Origin: an uncultured Acidobacteriota bacterium
GTDB taxonomy: Bacteria > Acidobacteriota > Thermoanaerobaculia > Multivoradales > SZUA-115
Assembly: GCA_963805975.1 (NCBI GenBank)
Contig: CAWDVR010000003.1
Coordinates: 576,001-640,000, forward strand
Direction of reading: 5' to 3'
DNA: 64,000 nucleotides
Position numbers and translations under genes: made by a program. The notes beneath the pieces are model-generated. The model was not told where the DNA came from and did no database searches. It was given only the letters and a program-made list of their open reading frames with translations. Shown piece by piece: positions 9,225-19,166 of this stretch. The stretch's first letter is position 1. Each line of letters starts with the position of its first letter.

Positions 9225-10478
9225 ATGAGCGAGGCGGAGCGAGGGCAGTCGAGCGGGCGCGGGGGCGAGCTGGTGCCCCGTTTCGAGGACCAGGGCTACG
9301 AGCCGGAGGCGCTCGCGGCGCGCCGTGCCTGGATCGAGGAACGGACCGGTACGACCCTGCCCCTGGTGGGGGCGAGCGCCATCCCCAGCCGCGAGATGCG
9401 GGGCAACATCGAGAACCCGATCGGCGCCGTGCAGGTGCCGCTCGGCATCGCCGGCCCGCTCGCGGTCTCCGGCGAGCACGCGGACGGCACCTTCTACGTG
9501 CCGCTCGCCACCACCGAGGGCGCCGTGGTGCGCTCCTACGAGCGCGGCATGGTGACCCTGACGCGCGCCGGCGGCGCCACGGTGCGCATCGTCCACGACG
9601 AGAACCAGGTGGCCCCGGTCTTCCTGTTCGACGACGTCGAGAGCGCCATCGCCTTCGCCCGTGATCTGCCGCGCCAGCTCGAGGCCGTGCGTGCCACCGC
9701 CGAGGCCACCACCCGCCACGGCAAGCTGCTACGGCTCGAGGCGCTACCGCTCGGCCGTGAGGTGGTCGTGCAGTTCGTCTACTCGACGGGCGATGCGCAC
9801 GGCATGAACATGATCGTCAAGGCCACGGACGAGGCCTGCCGCGCGCTCCTCGAGCGGTCGGCGGCGCGGCGCTATCTGATCTTCTCCGGCGCCGAGTCCG
9901 AGAAGCGGGCGAGCGGCTCGCTCTTCGCCGGCGGCAAGGGCAAGAAGGTGGTGGCGGGAGCGCGCATCCCCGAGCGGCTGGTGCGGGCCTACCTCCGCAC
10001 CACCTGCGACGAGCTCGTCCAGATGTGGCACCACACCGTGCTCGGCCACCTCCAGGCGGGTACCCTCGGCTACAACGGGCACTATGCCAACGGCCTCGCC
10101 GCGCTCTCGATCGCCCTCGGCCAGGACGTCGCCAACCTCGCCAACGCGGCGGTGGGGATCACCCATCTCGAGCGCACGCCGGAGGGCGACCTCTACGCCA
10201 GCGTCACGCTGCCCTCGCTGACCCTGGCCACGGTGGGTGGGGGCACGGCCCTGGGCACGGCCCCGGAGTGCCTGGCGATGCTCGGCTGCCTGGGCCCCGG
10301 CAAGGCGCCGAAGCTGGCAGAGATCGTCGCCGCCACGCTCCTCGCCGGCGAGATCTCGATGGCCGCCGCCGTCGCCACGGGAGATCTGGTCGGCGCGCAC
10401 GAGGCCTATGGCCGCAACCGGCCGGAGGCGGCGGGCGCGCCGCCCGAGGTTGCGCCTCCCGGAGACCCGGGTACTTGA
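9225..10478 (+). CDS. Class I HMG-CoA reductase homolog (divergent substrate pocket)
   Basis: ENPIG, PLATTEG, TGDAHGMNM, GQDVAN, TVGGGT and LAGEIS...AH motifs of class I HMGR. Confidence 0.85.
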   Translation: MSEAERGQSSGRGGELVPRFEDQGYEPEALAARRAWIEERTGTTLPLVGASAIPSREMRGNIENPIGAVQVPLGIAGPLAVSGEHADGTFYVPLATTEGAVVRSYERGMVTLTRAGGATVRIVHDENQVAPVFLFDDVESAIAFARDLPRQLEAVRATAEATTRHGKLLRLEALPLGREVVVQFVYSTGDAHGMNMIVKATDEACRALLERSAARRYLIFSGAESEKRASGSLFAGGKGKKVVAGARIPERLVRAYLRTTCDELVQMWHHTVLGHLQAGTLGYNGHYANGLAALSIALGQDVANLANAAVGITHLERTPEGDLYASVTLPSLTLATVGGGTALGTAPECLAMLGCLGPGKAPKLAEIVAATLLAGEISMAAAVATGDLVGAHEAYGRNRPEAAGAPPEVAPPGDPGT

Positions 10479-12035
10479 TGCGCCGCCTGTTCCGCCCCCT
10501 CGATCGCCCGCCCGAGGCGGCCTACGACGTGGTGATCATCGGCTCCGGCATCGGTGGCCTGGTCACCGGCAACCTCCTGGCGCGGGAGGGCCTCAAGGTG
10601 CTGATGGTCGAGCAGCACTACATGGCCGGCGGCTACTGCAGCACCTTCCAGCGAGCCCGCTACACCTTCGATGCCGCCACCCACTTCTACCCGCTGCTCG
10701 GCAACCCCGAGACCCTGACCGGCAAGCTCCTCGCCGATCTCGGGGTCGAGACCCAATGGGTGAAGATGGACCCGGTCGACACCTTCCATTTTCCGGACGG
10801 CTCGCGCTTCACGGTGCCGGCGGACTTCGAGACCTACCTCGCCCGCTTGCGGGCGGGGTTTCCGGAGGAGGTAGCGGCGCTCGACGGCTTCTTCGCCGAG
10901 GTGCGCCAGGCCTACCTCTTCGGCCTGATGCACTACTTCCGCGGCCGGCCGCTCGCGCAGTTGGGGCGCCTGGGCGAATACCGGCGGCTGACCGTGGGCG
11001 AGGTTCTGGACCGCACCTTTCGCAGCCCGAAGCTCAAGCTGCTCCTCACCGCCGACTGCCCGCACTGGGGCTCGCCGCCCGGGCCGCACCTCGTTCGTCT
11101 TCGACTCCATGCTGCGCCTCTCCTACTTCCTCGGCAACTACTACCCGCGCGGCGGCTCGCAGGCCTTCGCGGACGAGCTGGCGCGGCGCTTCATCGAGCA
11201 GGGCGGGCACCTGCTGCTGTCGACCTCGGCGCGGCGGGTGGTAGTGGAGGACGGGCGGGCCACGGGTGTCGAGCTCGAGGTGGAGCGCGGCCGTCTCCTG
11301 GCGCAGTACCGCGGCGGCCTGGTGAAGGCTGGGGTGGTGATCTCGAACGCCGACCTGGTCGAGACCTGCGACCGGCTGCTGGGGCCGCGGCACGTGCCGG
11401 CCTCTACCCTGGAGCGCCTGCGCCGGCTGCGGCCCACTTTCCCCTGCTGGCTGACGCACCTCGGGCTCCGAGGCGTGCCCGCCGCGGTGCTCGACGAGGC
11501 TCAAGGCTACTACTGGGACTCCTGGGACTTCGATCGCGTGGGCCGCGACGCGCTGCGCTTCAAGCTCTTCGTGCCCACGCTCTACGAGCCGGCCATGGCA
11601 CCGGACGGCGAGCAGGTGCTGATCGTGCAGAAGGTGCTCGACGTCGACTACGAGGCGGTCACCGACTGGGAGCGCCACAAGGCGGAGGTCGAGGCCTTCA
11701 TCTTCTCGAACCTCGAGCGCGTGCTGCCGGGGATCGGCGAGAAGATCGTCGTCAGGACGAGCGCCACCGCCCGCACCTCCTGGCGCTACACCCGCAACCT
11801 GAGGGGTGCCATGCTGGGCTGGGAGATGTCGCCGGACCAGCTCGGAGACGGCCGCCCGCCGCAGGATCTGGGCGTCGCCAACCTCCACTGCGTGGGCCAT
11901 TGGACCCAGCCGGGGGGTGGCGTGACGCCGGTGATCGTCTCGGCGCAGCAGGTGGCGGCCACGGTGCTGGCGGGGGCGAGTGTCACGAATCCTGCCGGCA
12001 GGCACATGAAGGAGTGGGAGATCGCCGAAAAATGA
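10478..12035 (+). CDS. Phytoene desaturase (CrtI)/retinol saturase-like FAD oxidoreductase, split by a frameshift near 11082
   Basis: TGATG overlap with the HMGR stop; IIGSGIGG dinucleotide motif and GGYCSTF..FD; continues in ORF 11109-12035 (YPRGGSQ, VISNAD, GHWTQPGGGV); removing one G at 11081-83 restores CPHWGSPPGRTSFVFDSM. Confidence 0.8.
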
Positions 12036-15000
12036 CGAGCCGCTGTCTCTTGCTGCTGGCCTGCTGCGCCGCGCCCGTCTTCGCCGCTTCGACGGAAGAG
12101 CAGCTCTGGCACCACCGCAACCTCGGCAAGGCGTTCTACGAGAACCCCACCACCAAGAACGAGGCGATCGCCGAGCTGAAAGCGGCGCTCGACCTGGCAC
12201 CCGGATCGGCCCGCGAGCGCATCAACTACGGACTGGCGCTGCTGCGGGCGGAGCGGACCGACGAGGGGGTCGCCGAGCTCGAGCGAGCCCAGAAACAGGA
12301 CCCGTCGATCCCCCACACCTGGTTCAATTTAGGGATCGCCTACAAGCGCGCCGGCCGCTACACCGAGGCCCTGGCCCAACTCGAGGGCATGGTGCAGCGG
12401 GCGGCGGACGATGCCATCGCTCACTACAACCTCGGCGTGCTCTACAACCTGGCGGGCAAGCCCGAGCAGGCGATCGCCGCCTTCGAGCGCTCGGCGCGCG
12501 TCGATCCCAACCTCGCCGGGCCCCACTTCCAGCTCGGGACCGCGTACCGTAAGGCGGGCCGCGCCGCGGACGCCCAGAAGGCGATGACCACCTTCCGCGA
12601 GGCCAAGCAGAGGAGCGCCAACGCCGCCTTCCCCGAGGACCTCGAGTGGAGCTTCTACTCGGAGATCTTCGACGTGGTCGAGCCCGGGCAGAGCGCGCCG
12701 CCGCCGGCCGCGGCAGAGGTGAAGCTCACGCCGTCGAAGCTCGCCTCCGGCCTCGACCCCGCCACCGCCGGCCTGCTGGTCCTCGATGCCGACGGCAACG
12801 CCAAGCCGGACCTGCTCGCCTTCTCGGCGGCCGGCACCAAGCTTTTCCGGGAGGGCCGCACCGAGGTCCCGGCGGGCCTCGAAGGCGTCCAGGGCCTGAC
12901 GGGCGCCGCGGCCGGCGACCTGGACAACGACGGCCTGCCCGAGCTCTGCCTCCTGACCCGGAGCGGCGCCAAGCTCTTCGCCAACCGGGGAGGCAAGCTC
13001 GCCGCCCATCCTGCGGCGCTGCCCGCCTCGGCTTTCGACGCGGCGCTCTTCCTCGACTACGACCACGACTACGATCTCGATCTGCTGCTCCTGGGCGCCG
13101 CCTCGGTCCTGCTGCGCAACAACGGCGACGGCTCCTTCGCCGACCAGACCTCCGCCTTTCCGTTCCGCAAGGGGCGAGCGGTCGCCGCGGCGAGCCTCGA
13201 CGTGGTGGCCGACACCCAGGGCACGGACCTCGTGGTGGGCTACGAGGACGGCAGCGCCGTGCTCTACCGCGACCGGCTCGCCGGGCGCTACGAGGCCGTG
13301 CCGCTGGCCGCGTTGACTTTCGAGGCCGGGCCCATCCTCGCCGCCGACGGCGACAACGACGGCTGGACCGATCTCTTCGCCAGGACCAAGGCCGGCCTCT
13401 CTTTCCTGCGCAACGACCGCAAGGGAGGCTTCCGTGCTGTCGCGATCGCCGGGGCTGCTGCCGGGCCTTTCGCCGTCGCCGACCTCGAGAACCGCGGCGT
13501 GGGCGACCTGTTGACCGGGAGCGGGGCGCTGGCCGCGGACGGCCGCGGCGGCTTCGCGGCGGCGAGGTCGGTGGCCGGGCTCGCGGGCGTCGTGGCCAGC
13601 GCCGCCGAGGACTTCGACGGCGACGGGCGCACGGATCTCGCCGCCGTCGACGGCCAGGGAAACCTGTCGCTCTTCACCAACGCGGTGCCGGGCGGCAACC
13701 GTTTCCTGCGGGTAGCGCTCGAAGGGGTGAAGAACCTGAAGCTCGCGCCGGGCTCGGAGGTGGAGGTCAAGGCCGGCGCGAGCTACCAGAAGAAGCTCTA
13801 CCAGGGCCGGCCGCTGCTCTTCGGCTTGGCGTCGGCGGCGGAGGTGGACACCGTCCGCATCACCTGGGCGAACGGCCTCATCCAGAACGAGACGCGGCAG
13901 GCGGCGGGCGGCTCGCCACGGTTCAAAGAGGCGCAGCGGCTCTCCGGCTCCTGCCCGATGATCTTCACCTGGAACGGGCGCGAGATGGAGTTCATCACCG
14001 ACGTGCTGGGCGTGGCACCGCTCGGCGCCTCGGCCGGCAACGGCCAGTACTTCCCCGTGGACCACGACGAATACGTGCAGATCGCCGGCGAGTCTCTCGC
14101 GGAGCGCGACGGCGCCTACGAGATCCGCATCACCGAGGAGCTGCGCGAGGTGGCGTTCCTCGACCAGGTGCGCCTCACGGCCGTGGATCACCCGGCCGAG
14201 GTCGAAGTCTTCACCAACGACAAGTTCAAGGGCCCGCCGTTCCCCGAGTTCCGGCTCTTCGGCGTCTCCCGGCGCCTGCCGCCCCTGACGGCCCGCGACC
14301 ACCAGGGCCGCGACGTGACCGAGCGCCTCGCGGCGCGGGACCGCACCTACCCGGACGCCTTCGCGCGCGACTACGCCGGCGTCGCCGAGCTCAACTGGCT
14401 GGAGCTGGACTTCGGCCCCGGGGCCGTGGCCGGCAATCGTGCCGTGCTGGTGCTCTCCGGCTGGGTGGACTGGGCGGACGGCTCGACCTTCCTCGGCGCC
14501 GCCCAGGCCGCCGGGGGCGGCCTGGTGATGCCCTACCTCCAGGTCAAGAACGAGCGCGGCGAGTGGCAGACGGTGATCGAGGACATGGGCCTTCCGGCCG
14601 GCAAGCCCAAGACCATCGCCATCGACCTGACGGGAAAGTTCCTGTCGGCGTCACGCGAGGTGCGGATCGTCACCAACCTCTGCATCTACTGGGACGAGAT
14701 CTTCCTCTCCGAGGAGCCGAGCGCGCCGCGGGTGGCGCTGGCGGAGCTGCCGCCGCAGACCGCGGACCTCCACTTCCGAGGCTTCTCGCAGGTCGAGATC
14801 CACCCCGAGCGCAAGCAGCCGGAGCGCTTCGTCTACGCCGAGAAGCGGCCGCTCTCGATGTGGAACCCCACCCCCGGCCTCTACACGCGCTACGGGCCGG
14901 TGGCAGAGCTGCTGGCCGAGGTGGACGACCGCATGGTGATCCTGGGCTCCGGCGACGAGATCCGCCTGCTCTTCGACGCCACAGCGCTCCCTCCCCTGCC

Positions 15001-15283
15001 GGCCGGCTGGAAGCGGGACTTCCTGCTCAAGGTGGACGGCTGGGCCAAGGACGCCGACGCCAACACCGCCCACGGCCAGACCGTCGGGCCCCTGCCCTAC
15101 CACGGCATGCCGCAGTACCCGTACGAGGCCCCGCACGCCTTTCCCGACGATCCGGAGCACCGCCTCTACCAGGAGCAGTACAACACTCGGCCGGCGCTGC
15201 GGTTCATCCGGCCGCTGGCGGAGGAGCGGTGGCAGGCGGGTGGCGAAGGTCCGACCGATGCAGGAGAGGAGGGTTTGCGGTGA
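12032..15283 (+). CDS. Secreted TPR + FG-GAP/VCBS + ASPIC/UnbV-domain protein
   Basis: ATGA overlap with the upstream gene; signal peptide; TPRs; DxDxDG repeats (DLDNDG, DYDHDYD, DFDGDG); ASPIC-like LLFGL..VRITW; SCPMIFTWNG C-terminal domain. Confidence 0.88.
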   Translation: MTSRCLLLLACCAAPVFAASTEEQLWHHRNLGKAFYENPTTKNEAIAELKAALDLAPGSARERINYGLALLRAERTDEGVAELERAQKQDPSIPHTWFNLGIAYKRAGRYTEALAQLEGMVQRAADDAIAHYNLGVLYNLAGKPEQAIAAFERSARVDPNLAGPHFQLGTAYRKAGRAADAQKAMTTFREAKQRSANAAFPEDLEWSFYSEIFDVVEPGQSAPPPAAAEVKLTPSKLASGLDPATAGLLVLDADGNAKPDLLAFSAAGTKLFREGRTEVPAGLEGVQGLTGAAAGDLDNDGLPELCLLTRSGAKLFANRGGKLAAHPAALPASAFDAALFLDYDHDYDLDLLLLGAASVLLRNNGDGSFADQTSAFPFRKGRAVAAASLDVVADTQGTDLVVGYEDGSAVLYRDRLAGRYEAVPLAALTFEAGPILAADGDNDGWTDLFARTKAGLSFLRNDRKGGFRAVAIAGAAAGPFAVADLENRGVGDLLTGSGALAADGRGGFAAARSVAGLAGVVASAAEDFDGDGRTDLAAVDGQGNLSLFTNAVPGGNRFLRVALEGVKNLKLAPGSEVEVKAGASYQKKLYQGRPLLFGLASAAEVDTVRITWANGLIQNETRQAAGGSPRFKEAQRLSGSCPMIFTWNGREMEFITDVLGVAPLGASAGNGQYFPVDHDEYVQIAGESLAERDGAYEIRITEELREVAFLDQVRLTAVDHPAEVEVFTNDKFKGPPFPEFRLFGVSRRLPPLTARDHQGRDVTERLAARDRTYPDAFARDYAGVAELNWLELDFGPGAVAGNRAVLVLSGWVDWADGSTFLGAAQAAGGGLVMPYLQVKNERGEWQTVIEDMGLPAGKPKTIAIDLTGKFLSASREVRIVTNLCIYWDEIFLSEEPSAPRVALAELPPQTADLHFRGFSQVEIHPERKQPERFVYAEKRPLSMWNPTPGLYTRYGPVAELLAEVDDRMVILGSGDEIRLLFDATALPPLPAGWKRDFLLKVDGWAKDADANTAHGQTVGPLPYHGMPQYPYEAPHAFPDDPEHRLYQEQYNTRPALRFIRPLAEERWQAGGEGPTDAGEEGLR

Positions 15284-17034
15284 TGGGTGAGCTTCGCCAG
15301 TCGCTCTTGGGGATCGGCCTCTTGGCTGCGGTGGTGGGCGGCACGATCTTCCTTTCCTGCCGCCCCAGGGAGGAAGCGCCGGGACAGGCGGTCGAGGCGC
15401 AGGGGCCACCCGAGGTGCGCTTCACCGACGTCGCGGCGGCCTCCGGCATCGACTTCGTCCACTTCAACGGCGCCTACGGCGACAAGCTGTTGCCGGAGAC
15501 CATGGGCGGCGGTGTTGCCGCCTTCGACTACGACAACGACGGCGACCAGGATCTGCTGTTCGTCAACAGCATGCGCTGGCCGTTCGCCAAGGACGGCAAC
15601 GGGCGGCACACCTCGGCGCTCTACGCGAACGACGGCCAGGGGCGTTTCACGGACGTTTCGCGCCAGGCAGGGCTCGACGTCGAGATCTACGGCATGGGCA
15701 TTGCCGTGGGCGACTACGACGGCGACGGCTGGAGCGACCTCTACCTGACCGCGGTGGGCACGAACCGCCTGCTCAGGAACGAGCGTGGAGTGTTCCGGGA
15801 CGTGACCGAGGCCGCCGGTGTCGGGGGCGAGGCCGGCCAATGGTCCACCGGCGCCGCCTTCCTCGACACCGACAACGACGGCGATCTCGACCTCTTCGTG
15901 GCCAACTACGTGCAGTGGTCGCGGGAGATCGACTTCGAGCAGGACTTCCGGCTGACCGGGATCGGCCGCGCCTACGGTCCGCCGCAGAGCTACCAGGGAA
16001 CCTACCCCTACCTCTACGCCAACGACGGCGACGGCACGTTCATCGACGTATCGAAGAAGGCCGGCATCCAGATCGACGACCCGGCGCTCGGCAAGCCGCT
16101 GGCCAAGGGAATGGCACTCGCGCCCATCGACGCGGACCGCGACGGCTGGATGGACTTGCTGGTGGCCAACGACACGGTGCGGAAGCTCTTCTTCCACAAC
16201 CGGGGCGATGGCACCTTCGAAGAGGTGAGCGAGCTCTACGGGCTGGCCTACGACCGCGACGGCAACGCCACCGGCGCGATGGGCGTCGACTCCGGCTATT
16301 TCGCCAATGACGACAGCCTGACCTTCATGGTGGGCAACTTCGCCAACGAGATGACCTCGGTCTACGTCAGCCAGGGCGACCCCACCTTCTACGTGGACGA
16401 GGCGATCGGCTCCGGCATCGGCGCTCCCAGCCGGCGGGCACTGAAGTTCGGCCTCTTCCTCTTCGACTACGACCTCGACGGCCGCCTCGACATGCTGCAG
16501 GCCAACGGCCACCTCGAGGAGGAGATCAACAAGGTCGATCCCAGCCAGCAGTTCCGCCAGCCGGCGCAGCTCTTCTGGAACGCCGGCCCGGCCGCGCCGC
16601 AGAGCTACGTCCTGGTGCCCGAGGCCTCGATGGGCGATCTCGCGCGGCCGATCGTCGGCCGTGGCGCCGCCTATGCCGACCTCGACGGCGACGGCGACCT
16701 CGACGTGGTGCTGACCGAGGTCGGCGGCCGGCCCCTGGTGCTGCGGAACGACCAGGCTCTCGGCCACCACTGGCTGCGGGTGAAGCTCGACGGCAAGGCC
16801 CCCAACCGGGAGGCCATCGGCGCCTGGATCGAGCTCACCGCCGGCGGCGTCACCCAGCGCCGCCAGGTGATGCCCACCCGGAGCTACCTCTCGCAGGTCG
16901 AGCTCCCGGTCACCTTCGGCCTCGGCCAGGCGACGAAGATCGACTCCCTCAAGGTGAAGTGGCCGGACGGAACCACCCAGGAGGTGCCGGAGGTGGCGGT
17001 GGACCAGGTGCGGGTGGTGGAGCAGGGCGGGTAA
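15283..17034 (+). CDS. CRTAC1-family (FG-GAP + ASPIC/UnbV) lipoprotein
   Basis: TGATG overlap; lipobox-like FLSC; FTDVAAASGIDF; DYDNDGDQDL repeats; SYLSQ..VTFGLG..VKWPDG. Confidence 0.9.
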   Translation: MGELRQSLLGIGLLAAVVGGTIFLSCRPREEAPGQAVEAQGPPEVRFTDVAAASGIDFVHFNGAYGDKLLPETMGGGVAAFDYDNDGDQDLLFVNSMRWPFAKDGNGRHTSALYANDGQGRFTDVSRQAGLDVEIYGMGIAVGDYDGDGWSDLYLTAVGTNRLLRNERGVFRDVTEAAGVGGEAGQWSTGAAFLDTDNDGDLDLFVANYVQWSREIDFEQDFRLTGIGRAYGPPQSYQGTYPYLYANDGDGTFIDVSKKAGIQIDDPALGKPLAKGMALAPIDADRDGWMDLLVANDTVRKLFFHNRGDGTFEEVSELYGLAYDRDGNATGAMGVDSGYFANDDSLTFMVGNFANEMTSVYVSQGDPTFYVDEAIGSGIGAPSRRALKFGLFLFDYDLDGRLDMLQANGHLEEEINKVDPSQQFRQPAQLFWNAGPAAPQSYVLVPEASMGDLARPIVGRGAAYADLDGDGDLDVVLTEVGGRPLVLRNDQALGHHWLRVKLDGKAPNREAIGAWIELTAGGVTQRRQVMPTRSYLSQVELPVTFGLGQATKIDSLKVKWPDGTTQEVPEVAVDQVRVVEQGG

Positions 17035-17062
17035 GGCGTTACCAGTTGATCCGTCGCCTGTA

Positions 17063-17114
17063 TTTGACAAAAGCTGTCGAATCGTCTTGACATTCGTCGA
17101 TTTATGGCTATATC
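17063..17114 (+). promoter_or_regulatory. Promoter/operator of the lrp-eamA operon
   Basis: Inverted repeat TTTGACA-AAAGC-TGTCGAA (17063-81), then TTGACA (17087-92), 16 nt spacer, TATATC in an AT-rich patch. Confidence 0.5.
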
Positions 17115-17139
17115 GTCTGCCGTCATGGGGGCGACACCA

Positions 17140-17640
17140 ATGATCGACGACACCGACATCCAGATCCTGGAGATCCTCCAGACCAACTCCCGCACTCCCA
17201 ACGCCGAGATCGCGCGCCGGGTCGGCATCGCCGCCTCGGCGATCTTCGAGCGCATCCGCAAGCTCGAGGAGAAGGGAGTGATCGGCGGCTACTCGACGGT
17301 GGTCGATCCGCGGGCGGTGGGCATGTCGCTGACCGCTTTCATCTTCGTGCGCACCGACGAGCCCGTGGGCAAGGCCGAGGCGCCGGACGCCATGGCTGCC
17401 ATCCCCGAGGTGCAGGAGCTGCATCACATCGCGGGGGAGGACTGCTACCTGCTGAAGGTCCGCGTCCGGGACACGCAGAGCCTGGGCCGCCTGCTGCGGG
17501 AAAGCCTGGGCGCCATCCCCGCCGTCAAGTCCACCCGGACGACCATCGTCCTCGACACGATCAAAGAAAGCGCGGGTTTTCCCCTGAGCGCCGAGCCACG
17601 GGGCCTCGAGCACGCCAGACTGGAGAAGGTGCCGGCATGA
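17140..17640 (+). CDS. Lrp/AsnC-family transcriptional regulator
   Basis: IDDTDIQILEILQ..R...AEIARRVG HTH; HHIAGEDCYLLKV effector domain. Confidence 0.92.
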   Translation: MIDDTDIQILEILQTNSRTPNAEIARRVGIAASAIFERIRKLEEKGVIGGYSTVVDPRAVGMSLTAFIFVRTDEPVGKAEAPDAMAAIPEVQELHHIAGEDCYLLKVRVRDTQSLGRLLRESLGAIPAVKSTRTTIVLDTIKESAGFPLSAEPRGLEHARLEKVPA

Positions 17641-18626
17641 GCAGCCTGTCGTTTCGCGCCAAGCAGGTGGCCGCGTTTGCCGCGGTGTACGTGATCTGGG
17701 GCTCGACCTTCCTCGCCATCCGCTATGCCATCGACAGCCTGCCGGGCTTCACCATGGCCGCGGCGCGCTTCCTGGTGGCCGGTGCGCTATTTCTCGCCTG
17801 GGCCCGCGTCCAGGGACAGCCCTGGCCTTCGCGCCGCCAGTGGCGGGATGCCTTCGTGATCGGCGGTTTCCTGCTGCTCTGCGGCAACGGTGGCGTGGTG
17901 TGGGCCGAGCAGCACCTGGCCTCGGGCCTGACGGCGTTGCTGGTGGCGACCGAACCGGTGTGGGTGGCGGTCCTCCTGTGGATGACCTCGCGGCGCGAGC
18001 GGCCGCGGGCGCGCACCGTGGCGGGCGTGCTGCTGGGCTTCGCCGGCGCCGCGGTCCTGGCCGCACCCGGGCTACCGGACATGAACGGCGACCGTGTGCC
18101 GCTGCTGCCGGCGCTGGTGGTGGTGGCGGCGGCGCTGGCCTGGGCGGCGGGCTCCCTCTACTCGCGGCGCGTCGACCTGCCGCGCTCGGTGCCGCAGAGC
18201 TCGGGGATGCAGATGCTCGCCGGCGGTGTGCTGCTGGGCCTGGCGGGCGCCGCCACCGGCGAGTGGCAGAGCTTCCAGCCGGGCGAGGTCTCCGCCGCCT
18301 CCTGGTGGGCGCTCGGCTACCTGATGGTCTTCGGCAGTCTGATCGGCTTCACCGCCTACAGTTGGCTGGTGCGCACCACGGCCCCGACGCTGGTCGCCAC
18401 CTACGCCTTCGTCAACCCGGTCGTCGCGGTGCTCCTGGGCTGGCTCGTGGCGGGTGAGCCGGTGGGCTGGCGGACGCTCGCCGCCAGCGCCATGGTGGTG
18501 GTCTCCGTCATCCTGGTGAGCGCGGGGCATGGCTCGAAGAGCAGCCCGGCCGAGATGCCGGCAAGAGAGGGAAGCGAGCCTTGTGGTTGTGCGGCCGGCC
18601 CACCGGCGATCTCCGAGACTGCTTGA
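17637..18626 (+). CDS. EamA/DMT-family exporter (YedA-like)
   Basis: YVIWGSTFLA, YAFVNPVVAV; about 10 TM; ATGA overlap with lrp. Confidence 0.9.
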   Translation: MSSLSFRAKQVAAFAAVYVIWGSTFLAIRYAIDSLPGFTMAAARFLVAGALFLAWARVQGQPWPSRRQWRDAFVIGGFLLLCGNGGVVWAEQHLASGLTALLVATEPVWVAVLLWMTSRRERPRARTVAGVLLGFAGAAVLAAPGLPDMNGDRVPLLPALVVVAAALAWAAGSLYSRRVDLPRSVPQSSGMQMLAGGVLLGLAGAATGEWQSFQPGEVSAASWWALGYLMVFGSLIGFTAYSWLVRTTAPTLVATYAFVNPVVAVLLGWLVAGEPVGWRTLAASAMVVVSVILVSAGHGSKSSPAEMPAREGSEPCGCAAGPPAISETA

Positions 18627-18637
18627 AGCCAAGGCGG

Positions 18638-18666
18638 TTGCAATCTCCGGCAGGCCCTGCTACAGT
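18638..18666 (+). promoter_or_regulatory. Sigma70 promoter of the cold-shock gene
   Basis: TTGCAA, 17 nt spacer, TACAGT with extended TG; implies a 5' leader of about 205 nt. Confidence 0.6.
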
Positions 18667-18878
18667 GAAGCTCGTCTGTGCAGAACCGGCATTGAGACCA
18701 GCACTCGGACGAACGTACCTAGAACCAAGACTTCCCCGCCGGCCCGCACCACAGAACCTCTCGCGTACTCCTCAAGCTCAAGCAGTGATCCCGTTGCAGT
18801 TTTGCCCCTCCCCTTTTCCAACGTGCCGCACCCGTTCCGGATGCGGTGAATATCAACACCCGTAGGTAGGAGTAGTCC

Positions 18879-19082
18879 ATGACCGAGCAGGGAACTGTCA
18901 AGTGGTTCAACGATGCGAAAGGCTACGGCTTCATCTCTCGCGAGAACGGGCCGGACGTCTTCGTCCACCACACCGCCATCATCGCCGAGGGCTTCCGCAC
19001 CCTCAATGAGGGAGACCGAGTCGCATTCGAGGTCGGCGACGGCCCCAAGGGCCCGCAGGCGCGCAACGTCACCCGCGCCTGA
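18879..19082 (+). CDS. Cold-shock protein (CspA family)
   Basis: [20 protein letters not shown] and [10 protein letters not shown]; AGGAG SD. Confidence 0.97.
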   Translation: MTEQGTVKWFNDAKGYGFISRENGPDVFVHHTAIIAEGFRTLNEGDRVAFEVGDGPKGPQARNVTRA

Positions 19083-19110
19083 TCCGGCGGCTTAGATCCG
19101 TCTATTCTTG

Positions 19111-19142
19111 CGCCCCGTCGGGTCTCCCGGCGGGGCGTTTTT
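19111..19142 (+). terminator. Intrinsic terminator after csp
   Basis: CGCCCCGTCGGG-TCT-CCCGGCGGGGCG followed by TTTTT. Confidence 0.85.
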
Positions 19143-19166
19143 CATTTGTAGACCTGGTGTGCCGGC

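Noticed and set aside
10025-15283. Apparent 1752-aa oxidoreductase-TPR-FG-GAP fusion
   Set aside because: Produced by the frameshift at about 11082; the middle is out-of-frame sequence and the FG-GAP gene has its own ATG and signal peptide at 12032
12032-17034. Enediyne biosynthetic cluster (UnbV domains)
   Set aside because: No iterative PKS, thioesterase or UnbL/UnbU genes in the window; ASPIC/UnbV proteins are common outside such clusters
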